From contig JAGTRC010000005.1 in assembly GCA_018396725.1 (NCBI GenBank), positions 15,149 to 79,148 of the forward strand: a stretch of DNA of 64,000 bases, written 5' to 3'. Position numbers and translations under genes: made by a program. The stretch comes from Candidatus Bathyarchaeota archaeon (lineage in GTDB: Archaea; Thermoproteota; Bathyarchaeia; 40CM-2-53-6; DTGE01). The notes beneath the pieces were generated by a model. It had not been told where the DNA came from. It ran no database searches and saw only the letters and a list, made by a program, of their open reading frames with translations. This document shows positions 19,132-28,923 of this stretch, piece after piece. Position 1 is the stretch's first letter. Every line of letters starts with the position of its first letter.

Positions 19132-19386
19132 TCAAGGAGGACCCTTAATGTATCTCTCCTGCTCTCCAAGGCTTACCGCCTCCACCTCTTCGGGCTTCAC
19201 CGAGGCGAACTTCCATCCCTTAAGGGCTAGGGCGATGGGATCCTTGATGCCCTCTATGGCTATGCCGTCCCCTGCAAGCCTTAAGAGTATCTCTTCGCCC
19301 TCCTCTAGGTCGGCGGCCTCCGCGAGCCTCTTGGGAAGGTGGACTGCGTATTTCTTGCCTATCCTGGATCGAATAGTCAGGCTCAT
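19132..19386 (-). CDS. AbrB/SpoVT-type antitoxin, apparently orphaned
   Basis: Segment SRIGKKYAVHLPKRLAEAADLEEGEEILLR is AbrB-like. Confidence 0.6.
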   Translation of the reverse strand: MSLTIRSRIGKKYAVHLPKRLAEAADLEEGEEILLRLAGDGIAIEGIKDPIALALKGWKFASVKPEEVEAVSLGEQERYIKGPP

Positions 19387-19582
19387 AATCCATTACCAGA
19401 ATATAAGAGAATTATCAGACTTAATCTTTTCTCAGACCTTTGATGCGCGATTCAACCCGCCGAGCCTAAACTAGGAGGGGGTCGAGAAAAGCGATCCATG
19501 AGTTGGAGGCTAAGCCTGGGCTCATCCCAAGGGGAAGATCTTTAATAGCGATCATGGGTACTAACCCAGGAGGTGAGCCCTC

Positions 19583-20224
19583 ATGCCTGTTAAGGTCATC
19601 CTATGCTACGGGGACTCCAACACCTGGGGATACGAGCCCGGAACCGGGAACCGTTACCCCCGAGATAAGACTTGGCCAGGCGTCCTGAGGAGGAACCTGG
19701 GCGAAGGTTACATCGTCATAGATGAAGGCTTGAACGGCAGGACCACCGTGTGGGATGATCCCACCCAGCTCTTCCCCGAGAAGAGGAACGGCCTGAAGTA
19801 TCTGATACCATGCCTGGAATCCCATATGCCCATAGACCTGGTGATATTCATGCTGGGGACCAACGACCTGAAGAAGCGTTTCTCCCTCTCCCCCGTGGAA
19901 GTGGCTAAGGGAATGAAAGCCTTGGTGGAGGCTGTGAGGGTGAGCGGGGCCGGCCCTGGAGGCGGCTCCCCTAGGATCCTGATAGTGGCCCCGCCTAGGA
20001 TAGGGCAACTATTCGAGTTTGCTGAGGAAATGGAAGAGGCTGAAGAGAAGTCTGGGAAGCTGCCCAGATGCTACAGGCTTGTAGCGGAGGAGATGGGATG
20101 CGAATTCCTAGACGCGTCTGAGGTAGCCTCGCCGAGCAAAATAGACGGGGTCCACCTGGACTTAGAAGGCCATCAAAGGCTAGGCGAAGCCTTAACCGCC
20201 CACGTGAAAAGGATACTCGAATAG
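19583..20224 (+). CDS. SGNH/GDSL-family hydrolase (lipase/esterase-like)
   Basis: GDSNTWG block I near the N-terminus, GxND block (MLGTNDL) and a C-terminal DGVHL catalytic His block. Confidence 0.8.
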   Translation: MPVKVILCYGDSNTWGYEPGTGNRYPRDKTWPGVLRRNLGEGYIVIDEGLNGRTTVWDDPTQLFPEKRNGLKYLIPCLESHMPIDLVIFMLGTNDLKKRFSLSPVEVAKGMKALVEAVRVSGAGPGGGSPRILIVAPPRIGQLFEFAEEMEEAEEKSGKLPRCYRLVAEEMGCEFLDASEVASPSKIDGVHLDLEGHQRLGEALTAHVKRILE

Positions 20225-20371
20225 CTCATATATTGGACTTGTTTCTCGGACAACCCTCCTCATCCTAGGGGTTTTCCCGCCTCATATATTCTATCACGCC
20301 CTCCACGATCTAATGCATCTTTGAAGTGGATGGGGCTGGAGGGATGGAGGCTCAACGGAGCCCTATAGGAA

Positions 20372-20695
20372 GTGGCTACCAGACCGATCGACCGGGGCGC
20401 CGCCACTAGCCATATATATCGTTACGGGAGCCTCCTCAGGCATCCCCTGGAGGTGGCGAAACCCGGTCTCGCCTCAAGATACAGGCAGACCTATTTATAT
20501 CTGGCATTTTTTGAGCTGAACATATCCTCATGGGACGGATACCTCATAGAACTGGTCAAAGAGCTCGGAATCCGTAGAATATACATAATAGACGATGAAC
20601 TAGCCGAGAAAGTCAGAGATGTAGAGGTTGAAAATCCTATCCCCAGAAATATTATGAAGGAATACCGCCGATATGTACAGGAAAAGATCATGTAG
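20372..20695 (+). CDS. hypothetical protein (weak call)
   Basis: ORF only. The second half lies in an AT-rich region and no motif was recognised. Confidence 0.2.
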   Translation: MATRPIDRGAATSHIYRYGSLLRHPLEVAKPGLASRYRQTYLYLAFFELNISSWDGYLIELVKELGIRRIYIIDDELAEKVRDVEVENPIPRNIMKEYRRYVQEKIM

Positions 20696-20910
20696 GTCAT
20701 TAAATCCTTAATCTATTCAGAAACAATTAAAAAGATTTGGAACTTACCGGCTTAGATATTCAGAAATTTTGTTTCCCGCTGGCATTTTTCTATCAGGCAT
20801 CTAAACCTGCGTGCTACGCCGGCATTAATTTGATTCAATATCTTACGCTTTCCTGTTGCAGTATATTCGGCGGGACGATATCCCGGATTTACAGGGGCGA
20901 GGTTTAATTC

Positions 20911-21162
20911 TCATCTAGTTAATAATAGGAGGCTGTTGTAGGCTGTCTTGAGGCATAGGATTAGGTCGTCGAGGGTCGCCTGGAGGCTTTCAGGCCTATC
21001 CTCGGCTGCGGCCTCTATCCGGAGAATGGTCCCCCGGTTCACGGCTTCCACCCTTAACCCTTCGGGGGCAGCCTTGTTATCGGGCTCCAAGGCCCTGGAT
21101 AAGGCTTCGGCCAGCCTTTCATCCCCTAGGTCTAAGGTTATCTCCGCCTGGAACTCCGCCAT
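20911..21162 (-). CDS. pcc1: KEOPS complex subunit Pcc1
   Basis: 83 aa; the sequence pattern (EITLDLGDERLAEALSRALEPDNKAAPEGL...) is typical of archaeal Pcc1. It overlaps the start of the DHH nuclease gene. Confidence 0.65.
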   Translation of the reverse strand: MAEFQAEITLDLGDERLAEALSRALEPDNKAAPEGLRVEAVNRGTILRIEAAAEDRPESLQATLDDLILCLKTAYNSLLLLTR

Positions 21163-22595
21163 GGGGATGTCTCCTCCACGATCCTCCTGTTGAGCTCCTC
21201 CAGGTACTCCTCCAGTTTTTCAGGGGGTATCTGAGCCCCCGCCGCTATGTCGTGCCCCCCGCCTAGGCCCGAATACTCCTCGGATAACCCCGCGAACAAC
21301 CCGCCCAGCCTCACCCCCTTCGCCACGAGCTCCTCCGTGGCCCTAGCCGATATCTTCACCGAGCCGTCCCTAGCCCTGGCCGTCACTATCAGGGGTCTAT
21401 CCATGGTGAGGATGCTCGAAGCGGAGAGCATGGAGGCCACCGCGCCTACAAGGTTTTCATCTATGAAGTCCTCTCCCCTAACCAAATGGAAGCCTTCAAG
21501 CCTCTTTATCCTATCCGGGTTCTGGGCTATCCAGTCCATATGCCTCCCCAGGACCTGCCTGTACTCCCTGACCAGGTCTTCAAGCTCCCGGAGCATCTCC
21601 CCCCTCTCGCCGAGGCATACGGCTAATCCTAGGCCCGGCTTATCCATTCGCCCGCAGGCGTTTAGGGCCGAGGAGTATTCCCTGGCGTCCCTTAATATGC
21701 TGCCCTCCCCCTCCATGGTTAACGTGTATACTCCCCCCAGCAGCTCCTGGGCTAGGCTTCCCTGGAATCCGTGGACCGTTAGATACTCCACTATGCCTGA
21801 GATGAGCCTCCTCTTCTCCTCCATGGCGAGGGAGGCCACGGTCCTCCACCTCTCGCCTTCCCTTACAGGTATATCCACGGAGGAGAGCAGGGCTAGGCAT
21901 GCGTCCTCCCTCCCGGTTAGGCCTGGGAGGAAGGGCGTCGTCGTCGAGGCCAGGGCCTTATGGATCGGCCTGGTCTCCCTCCCGTAGAAGATGAGGTCCC
22001 TCTCCACCTTTAAGAGGCCGGCTTTAACCCCGTCCTCGACTATAAGCCTGTTGAGGCTTAGGAGCTCCCTCCCCTCGTTCCGATCCTGCATATCCCCTAG
22101 GGCGCCCACGACGGCTAACGGGGCTAGATCCATGTTCCTGGGATCCGCCCCCTTAACGGCTAGATAATTTACGCCTGAGCCGCTGATCTCCCTTCCCCCG
22201 TCGAACCCATAATCCATGGGGTTCAAGTGGGTTATCCCATGTCCGGCTTCAGCCCCCGCTGGAGGGTGGTGATCCAATATGAATATGGGTTCGTCCAGGG
22301 CCGCTGTAAGGCTCAGATATCCGCTTCCAATCTCCGAGAATACGGTGACGTCCCTCTCGATGGGCTTCATGGATTTAAGGGTGGCCTCGTCCAGTTGTTT
22401 AGCGACCCTCACGTGGATGGAGGCCCCCCATCTCAGGAGGGCCTTAGCCATTATAGCCCCTGCGGCGAGGCCGTCGGCGTCGAAGTGGGATACCACTAGG
22501 AACCTTAAGCCTTCCCTCGCCCCATCCCTTATCTGGGATCCAACCCTCTCAGCCTCTGAGAGGAAGCCCTCCAGGTCACCCTTCTCCCCGGGCAT
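21138..22595 (-). CDS. DHH/DHHA1 phosphoesterase, RecJ/GAN(Cdc45)-like nuclease
   Basis: DHH motifs (VVSHFDADG, ILDHH) and DHHA1 GGGH (GLGGGHDIAAG). 485 aa. Confidence 0.8.
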   Translation of the reverse strand: MPGEKGDLEGFLSEAERVGSQIRDGAREGLRFLVVSHFDADGLAAGAIMAKALLRWGASIHVRVAKQLDEATLKSMKPIERDVTVFSEIGSGYLSLTAALDEPIFILDHHPPAGAEAGHGITHLNPMDYGFDGGREISGSGVNYLAVKGADPRNMDLAPLAVVGALGDMQDRNEGRELLSLNRLIVEDGVKAGLLKVERDLIFYGRETRPIHKALASTTTPFLPGLTGREDACLALLSSVDIPVREGERWRTVASLAMEEKRRLISGIVEYLTVHGFQGSLAQELLGGVYTLTMEGEGSILRDAREYSSALNACGRMDKPGLGLAVCLGERGEMLRELEDLVREYRQVLGRHMDWIAQNPDRIKRLEGFHLVRGEDFIDENLVGAVASMLSASSILTMDRPLIVTARARDGSVKISARATEELVAKGVRLGGLFAGLSEEYSGLGGGHDIAAGAQIPPEKLEEYLEELNRRIVEETSPWRSSRRR

Positions 22596-22596
22596 A

Positions 22597-23046
22597 TCAA
22601 GCCACTGCGGCTACAGCCGTCTTGTATCTCCAGTCCTGGGGGAGCACCCCAGCCCGTTTATAATACTTGGATAAGTTATGGATCTTCGACTCTATAAGGG
22701 CTAGGCTCCTCTTATTATGATAGTCCTTCCTGTTCCTCTCCAAGTGTCTTTTAAGCCTCTCCGCCTTAGCCATGAGCCTCTGCAGGTCCTCCGGGAGGGG
22801 AGGCTTCAAGCCGGCCTCCTCCAGGATCCTGCCCACCTTCTTACCCGTTATAGGTTTGACCAGGGGTATCCCATACTGGTCTCGGAGCATAACCCCTATC
22901 ATGCTGGGAGGGGCGCCCTCCTTGGCCAGCTTCACGACTAGGCTTTCAACCTCCTCAGGCGTATACTTGCACCATGGGGGCGGCCTCTTACTCACGGGCC
23001 TCGTGGAGCCCGAGCTCCCCCTCTTCCTGGTGTACATCCTAGCCAA
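22597..23046 (-). CDS. rps15: 30S ribosomal protein S15 (uS15; eukaryotic S13 family)
   Basis: N-terminal S13-type extension plus an S15 core ([10 protein letters not shown]...[25 protein letters not shown]). Confidence 0.85.
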   Translation of the reverse strand: MARMYTRKRGSSGSTRPVSKRPPPWCKYTPEEVESLVVKLAKEGAPPSMIGVMLRDQYGIPLVKPITGKKVGRILEEAGLKPPLPEDLQRLMAKAERLKRHLERNRKDYHNKRSLALIESKIHNLSKYYKRAGVLPQDWRYKTAVAAVA

Positions 23047-23195
23047 TCCAGGGTTTCCCCTCCACCCTCTACATCCGATCTTTAACCATCATCCATATAT
23101 ACGATAGGCCTAAACCCTCTAGGGGATCCCGCGCATCGGATCCCTCGTCCGTCAAGGGTTTCAAGTCTACTCCCCATTATTTAAGTTTTAACCGT

Positions 23196-23789
23196 TTAAA
23201 CGGGGCTGGAGGTGATCCATTCCCCGAAGCTCCTCAGGGCCCTACCCCTATGGGAGATCCTGTTCTTCTCCTCCAAGGTCATCTCGGCGAAGGTTCTGCC
23301 GTCCCCCTCCTCGGGTATGAATATGGGGTCGAACCCGAAGCCCCCCGTGCCCCTCGCATCAAGGGATATCCTGCCCCAGACCACCCCCCTGAAACATTTA
23401 ACCATCCCTTTTGGTTCAGCGTAGGCCACGACGGATTCGAAGAAGCCCCTCCTATCCTCCACGCCCTCGAGGAGCTTAAGCACCCCCCTCAACCCTATAC
23501 TCCTATAGATGTAGGAGGAGTAGGGCCCGGGGAACCCGTTCAAGGCTGGGATGTGGAGGCCTGAATCCTCCACGGCCACGGGGTATCCAAGCCTCCCCGC
23601 CAAGTCTAGGGCCGCGTACTCCGCTATCCTTGAGATGTCGTCGCTCTGTATCTCCACTTTCTCAGCCTCCACCGCCTCCACCTCGAGGTTATACTCCCCC
23701 AACAGGATGCTTATCTCCCTGAGCTTCCCCTTGTTCGTGGTGGCGAACCTTATCCGAGACCCCTTAAACGGCGAGGCCCTCACCCCCAC
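23196..23789 (-). CDS. non-canonical purine NTP pyrophosphatase (Ham1/RdgB/ITPase)
   Basis: FATTNKGKLRE N-terminal signature, FGFDPIF and SHRGRA C-terminal motifs. Confidence 0.85.
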   Translation of the reverse strand: MGVRASPFKGSRIRFATTNKGKLREISILLGEYNLEVEAVEAEKVEIQSDDISRIAEYAALDLAGRLGYPVAVEDSGLHIPALNGFPGPYSSYIYRSIGLRGVLKLLEGVEDRRGFFESVVAYAEPKGMVKCFRGVVWGRISLDARGTGGFGFDPIFIPEEGDGRTFAEMTLEEKNRISHRGRALRSFGEWITSSPV

Positions 23790-23860
23790 GTCATCCTCCT
23801 CATCCGATCCAACCCGATGCTCCCTGCGGCCATCGAACCCCCGATCCGCCCCCTTATATT

Positions 23861-24532
23861 CTATGGGGATGGTCTTAAAGCGTATCTACCCCTTCGCCCT
23901 ATCTCCTCCACTTTCTCTAGAACCTTCGATGCGTAGTCCTCCCCTAAGACTTCGCTGTATCCCGAGACGACTTGGGAGTAGCATTCCCCGGCGACCCTGA
24001 AATGGGTGCTGTTCAAAGCCCTCTTGAGGAGGTGTAGATCCACCCCCCTATCCTCGAGCTCCGAGGAGAAGTAGCTTAGCCCGAAGTCTATTAGGAAGAG
24101 CATCCCTCGCCGGGCGGTATCCAGGTATCGGCCGGCGGGCTTCGCCTCTATCAGGTTCGAGGTGGTTAGGTCTCCGTGGATGATGTTCCTCGTATGGAGC
24201 TTCGCTATGAGCCGTCCTATCCTGAGGGAGAGGCTCCTCACCTCCTCATCGTCCATGGATTCCAGGAGCTCCTTCACCCTGTCCCCCTGGATGTACTCCA
24301 TGACTATGGTGAAGCGGTCCCTGTCCACCTCGTAGACCGTGGGGGTTGGAACCCCCGCCTTCCTGGCTTCATGGATCATCTGGGCTTCATGGATGGTTCG
24401 ATATCTCCGAATCCTAAGGTCCAGGCTTCTATGCCTGTACTTCTTCCTCACCCTCCTCTTCACTATGGCTTGGAGGCCATGCCAGTTGTGCAGGTAGAGG
24501 TCGGCCTCGGCTCCCTTCCTTATCAGCCTCAA
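23861..24532 (-). CDS. bud32: KEOPS subunit Bud32 (Kae1-associated kinase)
   Basis: Compact RIO-like kinase with HGDLTTSN catalytic loop and DFG (IDFGLS). Lies immediately downstream of kae1. Confidence 0.8.
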   Translation of the reverse strand: MRLIRKGAEADLYLHNWHGLQAIVKRRVRKKYRHRSLDLRIRRYRTIHEAQMIHEARKAGVPTPTVYEVDRDRFTIVMEYIQGDRVKELLESMDDEEVRSLSLRIGRLIAKLHTRNIIHGDLTTSNLIEAKPAGRYLDTARRGMLFLIDFGLSYFSSELEDRGVDLHLLKRALNSTHFRVAGECYSQVVSGYSEVLGEDYASKVLEKVEEIGRRGRYALRPSP

Positions 24533-24539
24533 TCCATCT

Positions 24540-25535
24540 TCACCTCCAGGGCACCTCCACCTCGTCGAGCCTCCACCTCGACTTTATATGGCTCTCCTCC
24601 AGGGGCACGGTTAAACCCGCCTTGTAGGCGAGGATTCCAGCCCAGGCTATCTGGGCTCCGCAGTCCGAGCTGTACCTCTCGTCGACGACGTGGAACCTCG
24701 CCTCATGCTCCTCAGCTATGGATCTAAGCATCCCTTGAAGCCTCCTATTTGCCGCGACTCCACCCGTTAGGAGGAGCTCCCCCTTCCCCACATGGGCTAG
24801 ACACCTCTCCGAGGCCTCCGTGAGCATGGCGAAGGCGACCTCCTGCAGGCTGAAGCAGAGGTCGTGCAGCCTCTCCCCTTCCCTATATTTCTGGATGGCC
24901 GCGGTGAGCAGGCCCGAGTAAACCACGTCGTTGCCTTTAACCGTGTAGGGGAGGTCTATCAGCCTCCGCCCCTTCTCAGCCGCCCTCTCCACGGATACCC
25001 CTCCGGGAGGGGGGAGGCCCACCTCCCTGGCGAACATGTCCAGGAGGTTCCCGAGGGTTATATCCTCGGTCTCCCCGAATACACGCCACTTCCCCCCGGC
25101 GAAGGCTGCGAGGGCCGTGTGGCCCCCCGAGACCAGGACGACCAGGGGATCCCTTGCGCCCGTGGTCAGGGCTCCTATCTCTATATGGCCTATGGCGTGG
25201 TGGACGGGGATGAGGGGCTTACCGTAGAAGGCTGCGAGGCTCCTCGCCAAGGTGGCTCCAACCCTTAAAGGTGGGCCCAGCCCGGGGCCCCTGGAATAGG
25301 CGATCGCATCCACCCGGTCCATCCCTAAACCCGCCTTCTCCAGGGCATCCCGTAGAACCCTAGGGGCGCACCTCCCATGGTGTTCGGCGGCCTCCCTGGG
25401 ATGGATCCCCCTCCCCAAAGGGGGGACGTAGACGTCCCTCACATCCGATAGGATGTTGCCCGCCTCATCCGCTAAGGCCACCCCGAATGTGTGGGCGGTG
25501 CTCTCGACCCCTAGACAGACCAGCCTGCCCTCCAT
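24540..25535 (-). CDS. kae1: tRNA N6-threonylcarbamoyladenosine synthase Kae1
   Basis: LGVESTAHTFG, HHAIGH and VSGGHT Kae1/TsaD motifs. Start taken at internal Met MEGRLVCLG; the ORF track extends it to 25622. Confidence 0.9.
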   Translation of the reverse strand: MEGRLVCLGVESTAHTFGVALADEAGNILSDVRDVYVPPLGRGIHPREAAEHHGRCAPRVLRDALEKAGLGMDRVDAIAYSRGPGLGPPLRVGATLARSLAAFYGKPLIPVHHAIGHIEIGALTTGARDPLVVLVSGGHTALAAFAGGKWRVFGETEDITLGNLLDMFAREVGLPPPGGVSVERAAEKGRRLIDLPYTVKGNDVVYSGLLTAAIQKYREGERLHDLCFSLQEVAFAMLTEASERCLAHVGKGELLLTGGVAANRRLQGMLRSIAEEHEARFHVVDERYSSDCGAQIAWAGILAYKAGLTVPLEESHIKSRWRLDEVEVPWR

Positions 25536-25660
25536 CAAACAGTTAATTCCCCCGGCCGATAAGGATTCAAACCTGTCCCCTGGAAAAACCTTACGCCGAC
25601 TCCCTTCACCCTTATCCCTCATCGATGGAGAGGCCTAGGATCCTATCCTGGGTTGTCAAC

Positions 25661-26488
25661 TCACCTTAGCCGTCTCAGAACCATGAGTATTATATACATT
25701 CCGGACGGGATAGCGGCTATCGTCCCGCTGGCCGGCAGGTTGAAGGCTGAGGCCGCCGCTAAGCCTGTGAGGCCTGAGGAGAGGGCTATGATTAAGGTTA
25801 GGATTAGATGGTCCCTAACCCTGTTGGTGAGCTCCCGGGCCGAGGCTGCGGGGGCTATCATGAAGGCGTAGACCAGCAGGGCCCCCATGGACTTCGCCGC
25901 CACGACGCCGGCCATCCCGGCGAGGGCGAAGAGGAGGTAATCGTAGAGCCCCACGTTTAAGCCCAGGGCTTCAGCCCCGTCCATGTCGAAGCATATATAG
26001 ATCAGCTCGTTGTAGAACAGGAGCGTGAAGGCTAGGGTTAAAATTGTCGCCGCCAGGAGCTGCATTATATCCCTGGATGATAGGAGTAGCACGTCGCCGA
26101 TCAAGTATCCATCCATAACCGCCTTCAACTCCCCGGGGACGAGCCCCCTGACGAAGGCGTATATCGCCATCGCGGCCGCCAGGGATCCCCCTATAGCGGC
26201 CCCCATCACCTCCGCTCCCCCCCTCCTCCCAGCGTACTCCGTGGCGAGGGCTGTGGCCACGCTGAAAAGGGCGGCTACGAGGAAGGGATCCACCCAGGAG
26301 GCCGCGTAGGCGGATAAGTATACGCCTACGGCTGCGCCCCCCAACGCCGAATGCGAGGCTTCAGCCGGTAGGTATGCAATTCCCCTCAGCAGGGTGAGGG
26401 CCCCCAGCATCGACGTCAAACTGGCTAGGAACACGCCTACCACAGCCCTCAACATGAAGGGGTTCAAGGCTTCAAGCATGGACGTCAC
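25661..26488 (-). CDS. ABC-3 family metal (Zn/Mn) transporter permease
   Basis: About 8 TM segments and a Gly/Ala-rich ZnuB/MntB-like sequence. In an operon with an ATPase and a TroA-like binding protein. Confidence 0.85.
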   Translation of the reverse strand: MTSMLEALNPFMLRAVVGVFLASLTSMLGALTLLRGIAYLPAEASHSALGGAAVGVYLSAYAASWVDPFLVAALFSVATALATEYAGRRGGAEVMGAAIGGSLAAAMAIYAFVRGLVPGELKAVMDGYLIGDVLLLSSRDIMQLLAATILTLAFTLLFYNELIYICFDMDGAEALGLNVGLYDYLLFALAGMAGVVAAKSMGALLVYAFMIAPAASARELTNRVRDHLILTLIIALSSGLTGLAAASAFNLPASGTIAAIPSGMYIILMVLRRLR

Positions 26489-27269
26489 CTGTGATCGCGA
26501 AGCAGGCCTCCCCCGCCCTGACCAGCCTCACACCCCCACCGTAAAGCTGGTTCAAAGACTCCTCCGTGAGGACCTCCCTTAGGGGGCCATAGGATATAAC
26601 CCTCCCGTTCAGGAGGATGGCCTTATCCGCAGCCTCGGATAACGGGTTGACGTCGTGGGTCACCAGGTATACGTCTAAACCCATCCTGTGCCTCAGATCC
26701 CTCAGGAACTCTATTATAGCCGCCTGGGTTTTAACGTCTATCCCGCTGAAGGGTTCATCTAATAGGAGCATCCTAGGCCTATTAGCTATGCACCTCGCCA
26801 GGAGTATCCTCTGCTGCTGCCCCCCACTCAGCTCCGAGAACCTTTTATCCCAGAGATCCTCCAATCCCACCGTCTCCAGCGCCCTCCAAGCCTCCTCGTA
26901 ATCCCTCGGGGATGGGATCCTGGGAGGCCTCCTCCTAGCCATCAACCCCATCAACACTACATCCTTCACGGGTAAAGGTATGCTCCTCACTATCCTATCC
27001 CTCTGGGGTAGGAAGCCTATAATCCTCTTCACGGAGGCCTTATCCCTGCTGGGATCCAGGCCTAACACCCTTATCCTCCCGGAGTAGGGGGCCACCATGC
27101 CCGCCATGGCCTTCAGGAGGGTGGTCTTGCCCGCGCCGTTGGGGCCTATGATGACCGTGAAGGTGGGATGCTCCACCTTCAAGTTCGCATTCCTTAAGAC
27201 GAACGTCTCTCCAAGCCTTACCGTTAACTCCTCCGCCTCCAACGAGTACTCCATAGCCTGCCCCTCCAT
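26472..27269 (-). CDS. metal ABC transporter ATP-binding protein (ZnuC/MntB-like)
   Basis: Walker A GPNGAGKTT, signature LSGGQQQR, Walker B LLLDEP. Confidence 0.85.
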   Translation of the reverse strand: MEGQAMEYSLEAEELTVRLGETFVLRNANLKVEHPTFTVIIGPNGAGKTTLLKAMAGMVAPYSGRIRVLGLDPSRDKASVKRIIGFLPQRDRIVRSIPLPVKDVVLMGLMARRRPPRIPSPRDYEEAWRALETVGLEDLWDKRFSELSGGQQQRILLARCIANRPRMLLLDEPFSGIDVKTQAAIIEFLRDLRHRMGLDVYLVTHDVNPLSEAADKAILLNGRVISYGPLREVLTEESLNQLYGGGVRLVRAGEACFAITGDVHA

Positions 27270-28303
27270 ATGATCAGGGCTTCAACCAACGCTAATACCC
27301 CGGCTGTTGAGGCTATTACGGGCCATAGGATTCCTCCATTGGCTGAGCCTCCCCTAGGGTTCGCGGGGCGTATCCCTGAGATCCGGCCTGCGTTATAAGC
27401 CATCAACGCGAAGTAGTCCGGGAAGGATTCGAAGCTCAGGATCCTCACCGTGGCTATTGGAGCGCCGGTCTCGGAGCTCAGCTCCTCGAACGAGGCGTAT
27501 ATGGGGAGCATAGCGGCCACATCAGAGACCAGTATCATCGCGTACCTGCCTTCGGCCAGCCCCTCGTAGGCTTCGGAGAGAGCTGTGGGCCTGGCTTCAC
27601 CCTCCTCCCCTCCCAGGACCACCGCCGTCTCCAAGTATAAGGCTGCAGCCACGTATTGTTCAGCGGGGGATCCGGCTACGATCCGTTTCCCGGAGAGGCC
27701 GTGGGCCTCCGAGACCCCCCTGAGCATATTCTTCAGGAGCTCAACCCTATTGGAGAAGGCCATGGAGTTCCTGAGGTAATCCCCGGCGTTTTCAGGATCT
27801 ATGAGGGAGAGCTTCGACGCCACGGCCTCCACTATGACTTTAGCGTTGTCCGGGTGAAGCCAGAATCCATGCAGGTTCACCCCTCCCCCGCCACCTCTTC
27901 CCGAGGGCAGCTCCAGGAGGATCAGGCTGCCCCTCAGATCCTTCAGGAGGCTTAACCCCACCTCCCCTACGGTCCTCCCCCTCCTCTCAGCCACCTCCTC
28001 CAGGAGTTTATCCTCCCATCCGATGTGGCCTGTGACCACGACCAGGGAGGCCTGGGAGGCGCTCATCACCGCCTCAGGGGTTATTGAGAACTCGTGGGGG
28101 TCCATGCCCTGGGGGACGAGCTCCACCGTTAAGACGTGGCTTCCCCCCGCCGCAGCCACCAGTAGTGATAGGCTCCCGATGCTCACCGCTACTTTTACAG
28201 TTCCCTCCTGGGGTTCGGCGTTGGCCATGCATCTTATGGGGGCTGCCTGTAGGAGAGCTAACGCGAGTATTAGGGATGCGCAGCCTTCCCTCCGCCAGTT
28301 CAA
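27224..28303 (-). CDS. TroA/ZnuA-like metal-binding lipoprotein with C-terminal membrane anchor
   Basis: N-terminal signal/anchor, cluster-9 SBP-like sequence with a flexible Gly-rich loop, C-terminal TM helix and RWRRRS tail. Operon with the ABC-3 permease. Confidence 0.7.
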   Translation of the reverse strand: MNWRREGCASLILALALLQAAPIRCMANAEPQEGTVKVAVSIGSLSLLVAAAGGSHVLTVELVPQGMDPHEFSITPEAVMSASQASLVVVTGHIGWEDKLLEEVAERRGRTVGEVGLSLLKDLRGSLILLELPSGRGGGGGVNLHGFWLHPDNAKVIVEAVASKLSLIDPENAGDYLRNSMAFSNRVELLKNMLRGVSEAHGLSGKRIVAGSPAEQYVAAALYLETAVVLGGEEGEARPTALSEAYEGLAEGRYAMILVSDVAAMLPIYASFEELSSETGAPIATVRILSFESFPDYFALMAYNAGRISGIRPANPRGGSANGGILWPVIASTAGVLALVEALIIWRGRLWSTRWRRRS

Positions 28304-28336
28304 CCTTTTATCCCTCCTCTTTCAGGATGTGCAGGT

Positions 28337-28750
28337 CTAGGCTGGGGAGGGTATGGGTTTCTCGTGGGGGCATGATCCTGGGCAGCCCAGCTTCAAGTAC
28401 ATCGCCTCAGCTATCCTTCCCGATAATGCATGATCTATTTTAGCCGCTTCCCTGCAGGCCTCCTCCGGGGGGATCTCGAACACCGATTCCAGGTACTTCT
28501 CGTAGATCCTGTGCCGTCTAACTATCGTGGAGGCCGCCTTTAAACCCTCCTCGGTGAGGGTTATCCCCCTCCTCTTCATGTGGTTGACTAAACCTTTCTC
28601 CGAGAGGTTGGCTATCATATCCACCGCTGTTGGGGGTTTCACGTGGAGCCTCTTAGCCATGGATACGCTTGTAACCTTTGATGCCTTCTCAATGGATTCC
28701 TCGTATAGGAATCTCAGGTACTCCGCTTCCCTGGGGGTGAGCTCTACCAT
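28337..28750 (-). CDS. DtxR/MntR-family metal-dependent transcriptional repressor
   Basis: LTPREAEYLRFLYEE...VTSVSMAKRLHVKPPTAVDMIANLSEKGLV HTH plus metal-binding helix. Start taken at internal Met MVELT; the ORF track extends it to 28852. Divergent from the metal ABC operon. Confidence 0.75.
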   Translation of the reverse strand: MVELTPREAEYLRFLYEESIEKASKVTSVSMAKRLHVKPPTAVDMIANLSEKGLVNHMKRRGITLTEEGLKAASTIVRRHRIYEKYLESVFEIPPEEACREAAKIDHALSGRIAEAMYLKLGCPGSCPHEKPIPSPA

Positions 28751-28923
28751 GAGGAAATTTAGGGGAAGCCTAAATTTAAGGCTTTCTATGAGGGATCTAT
28801 GCCCTTTGAAACCCTCCTTTACATCAAAATTTTGAATAATATTTAATAGCAACCCCTGCCATATAAGTATTAAAAATGAATCCTTGAGGCGGCCGCCTCA
28901 AGAGGAGCATGAAATAGAGGAAG

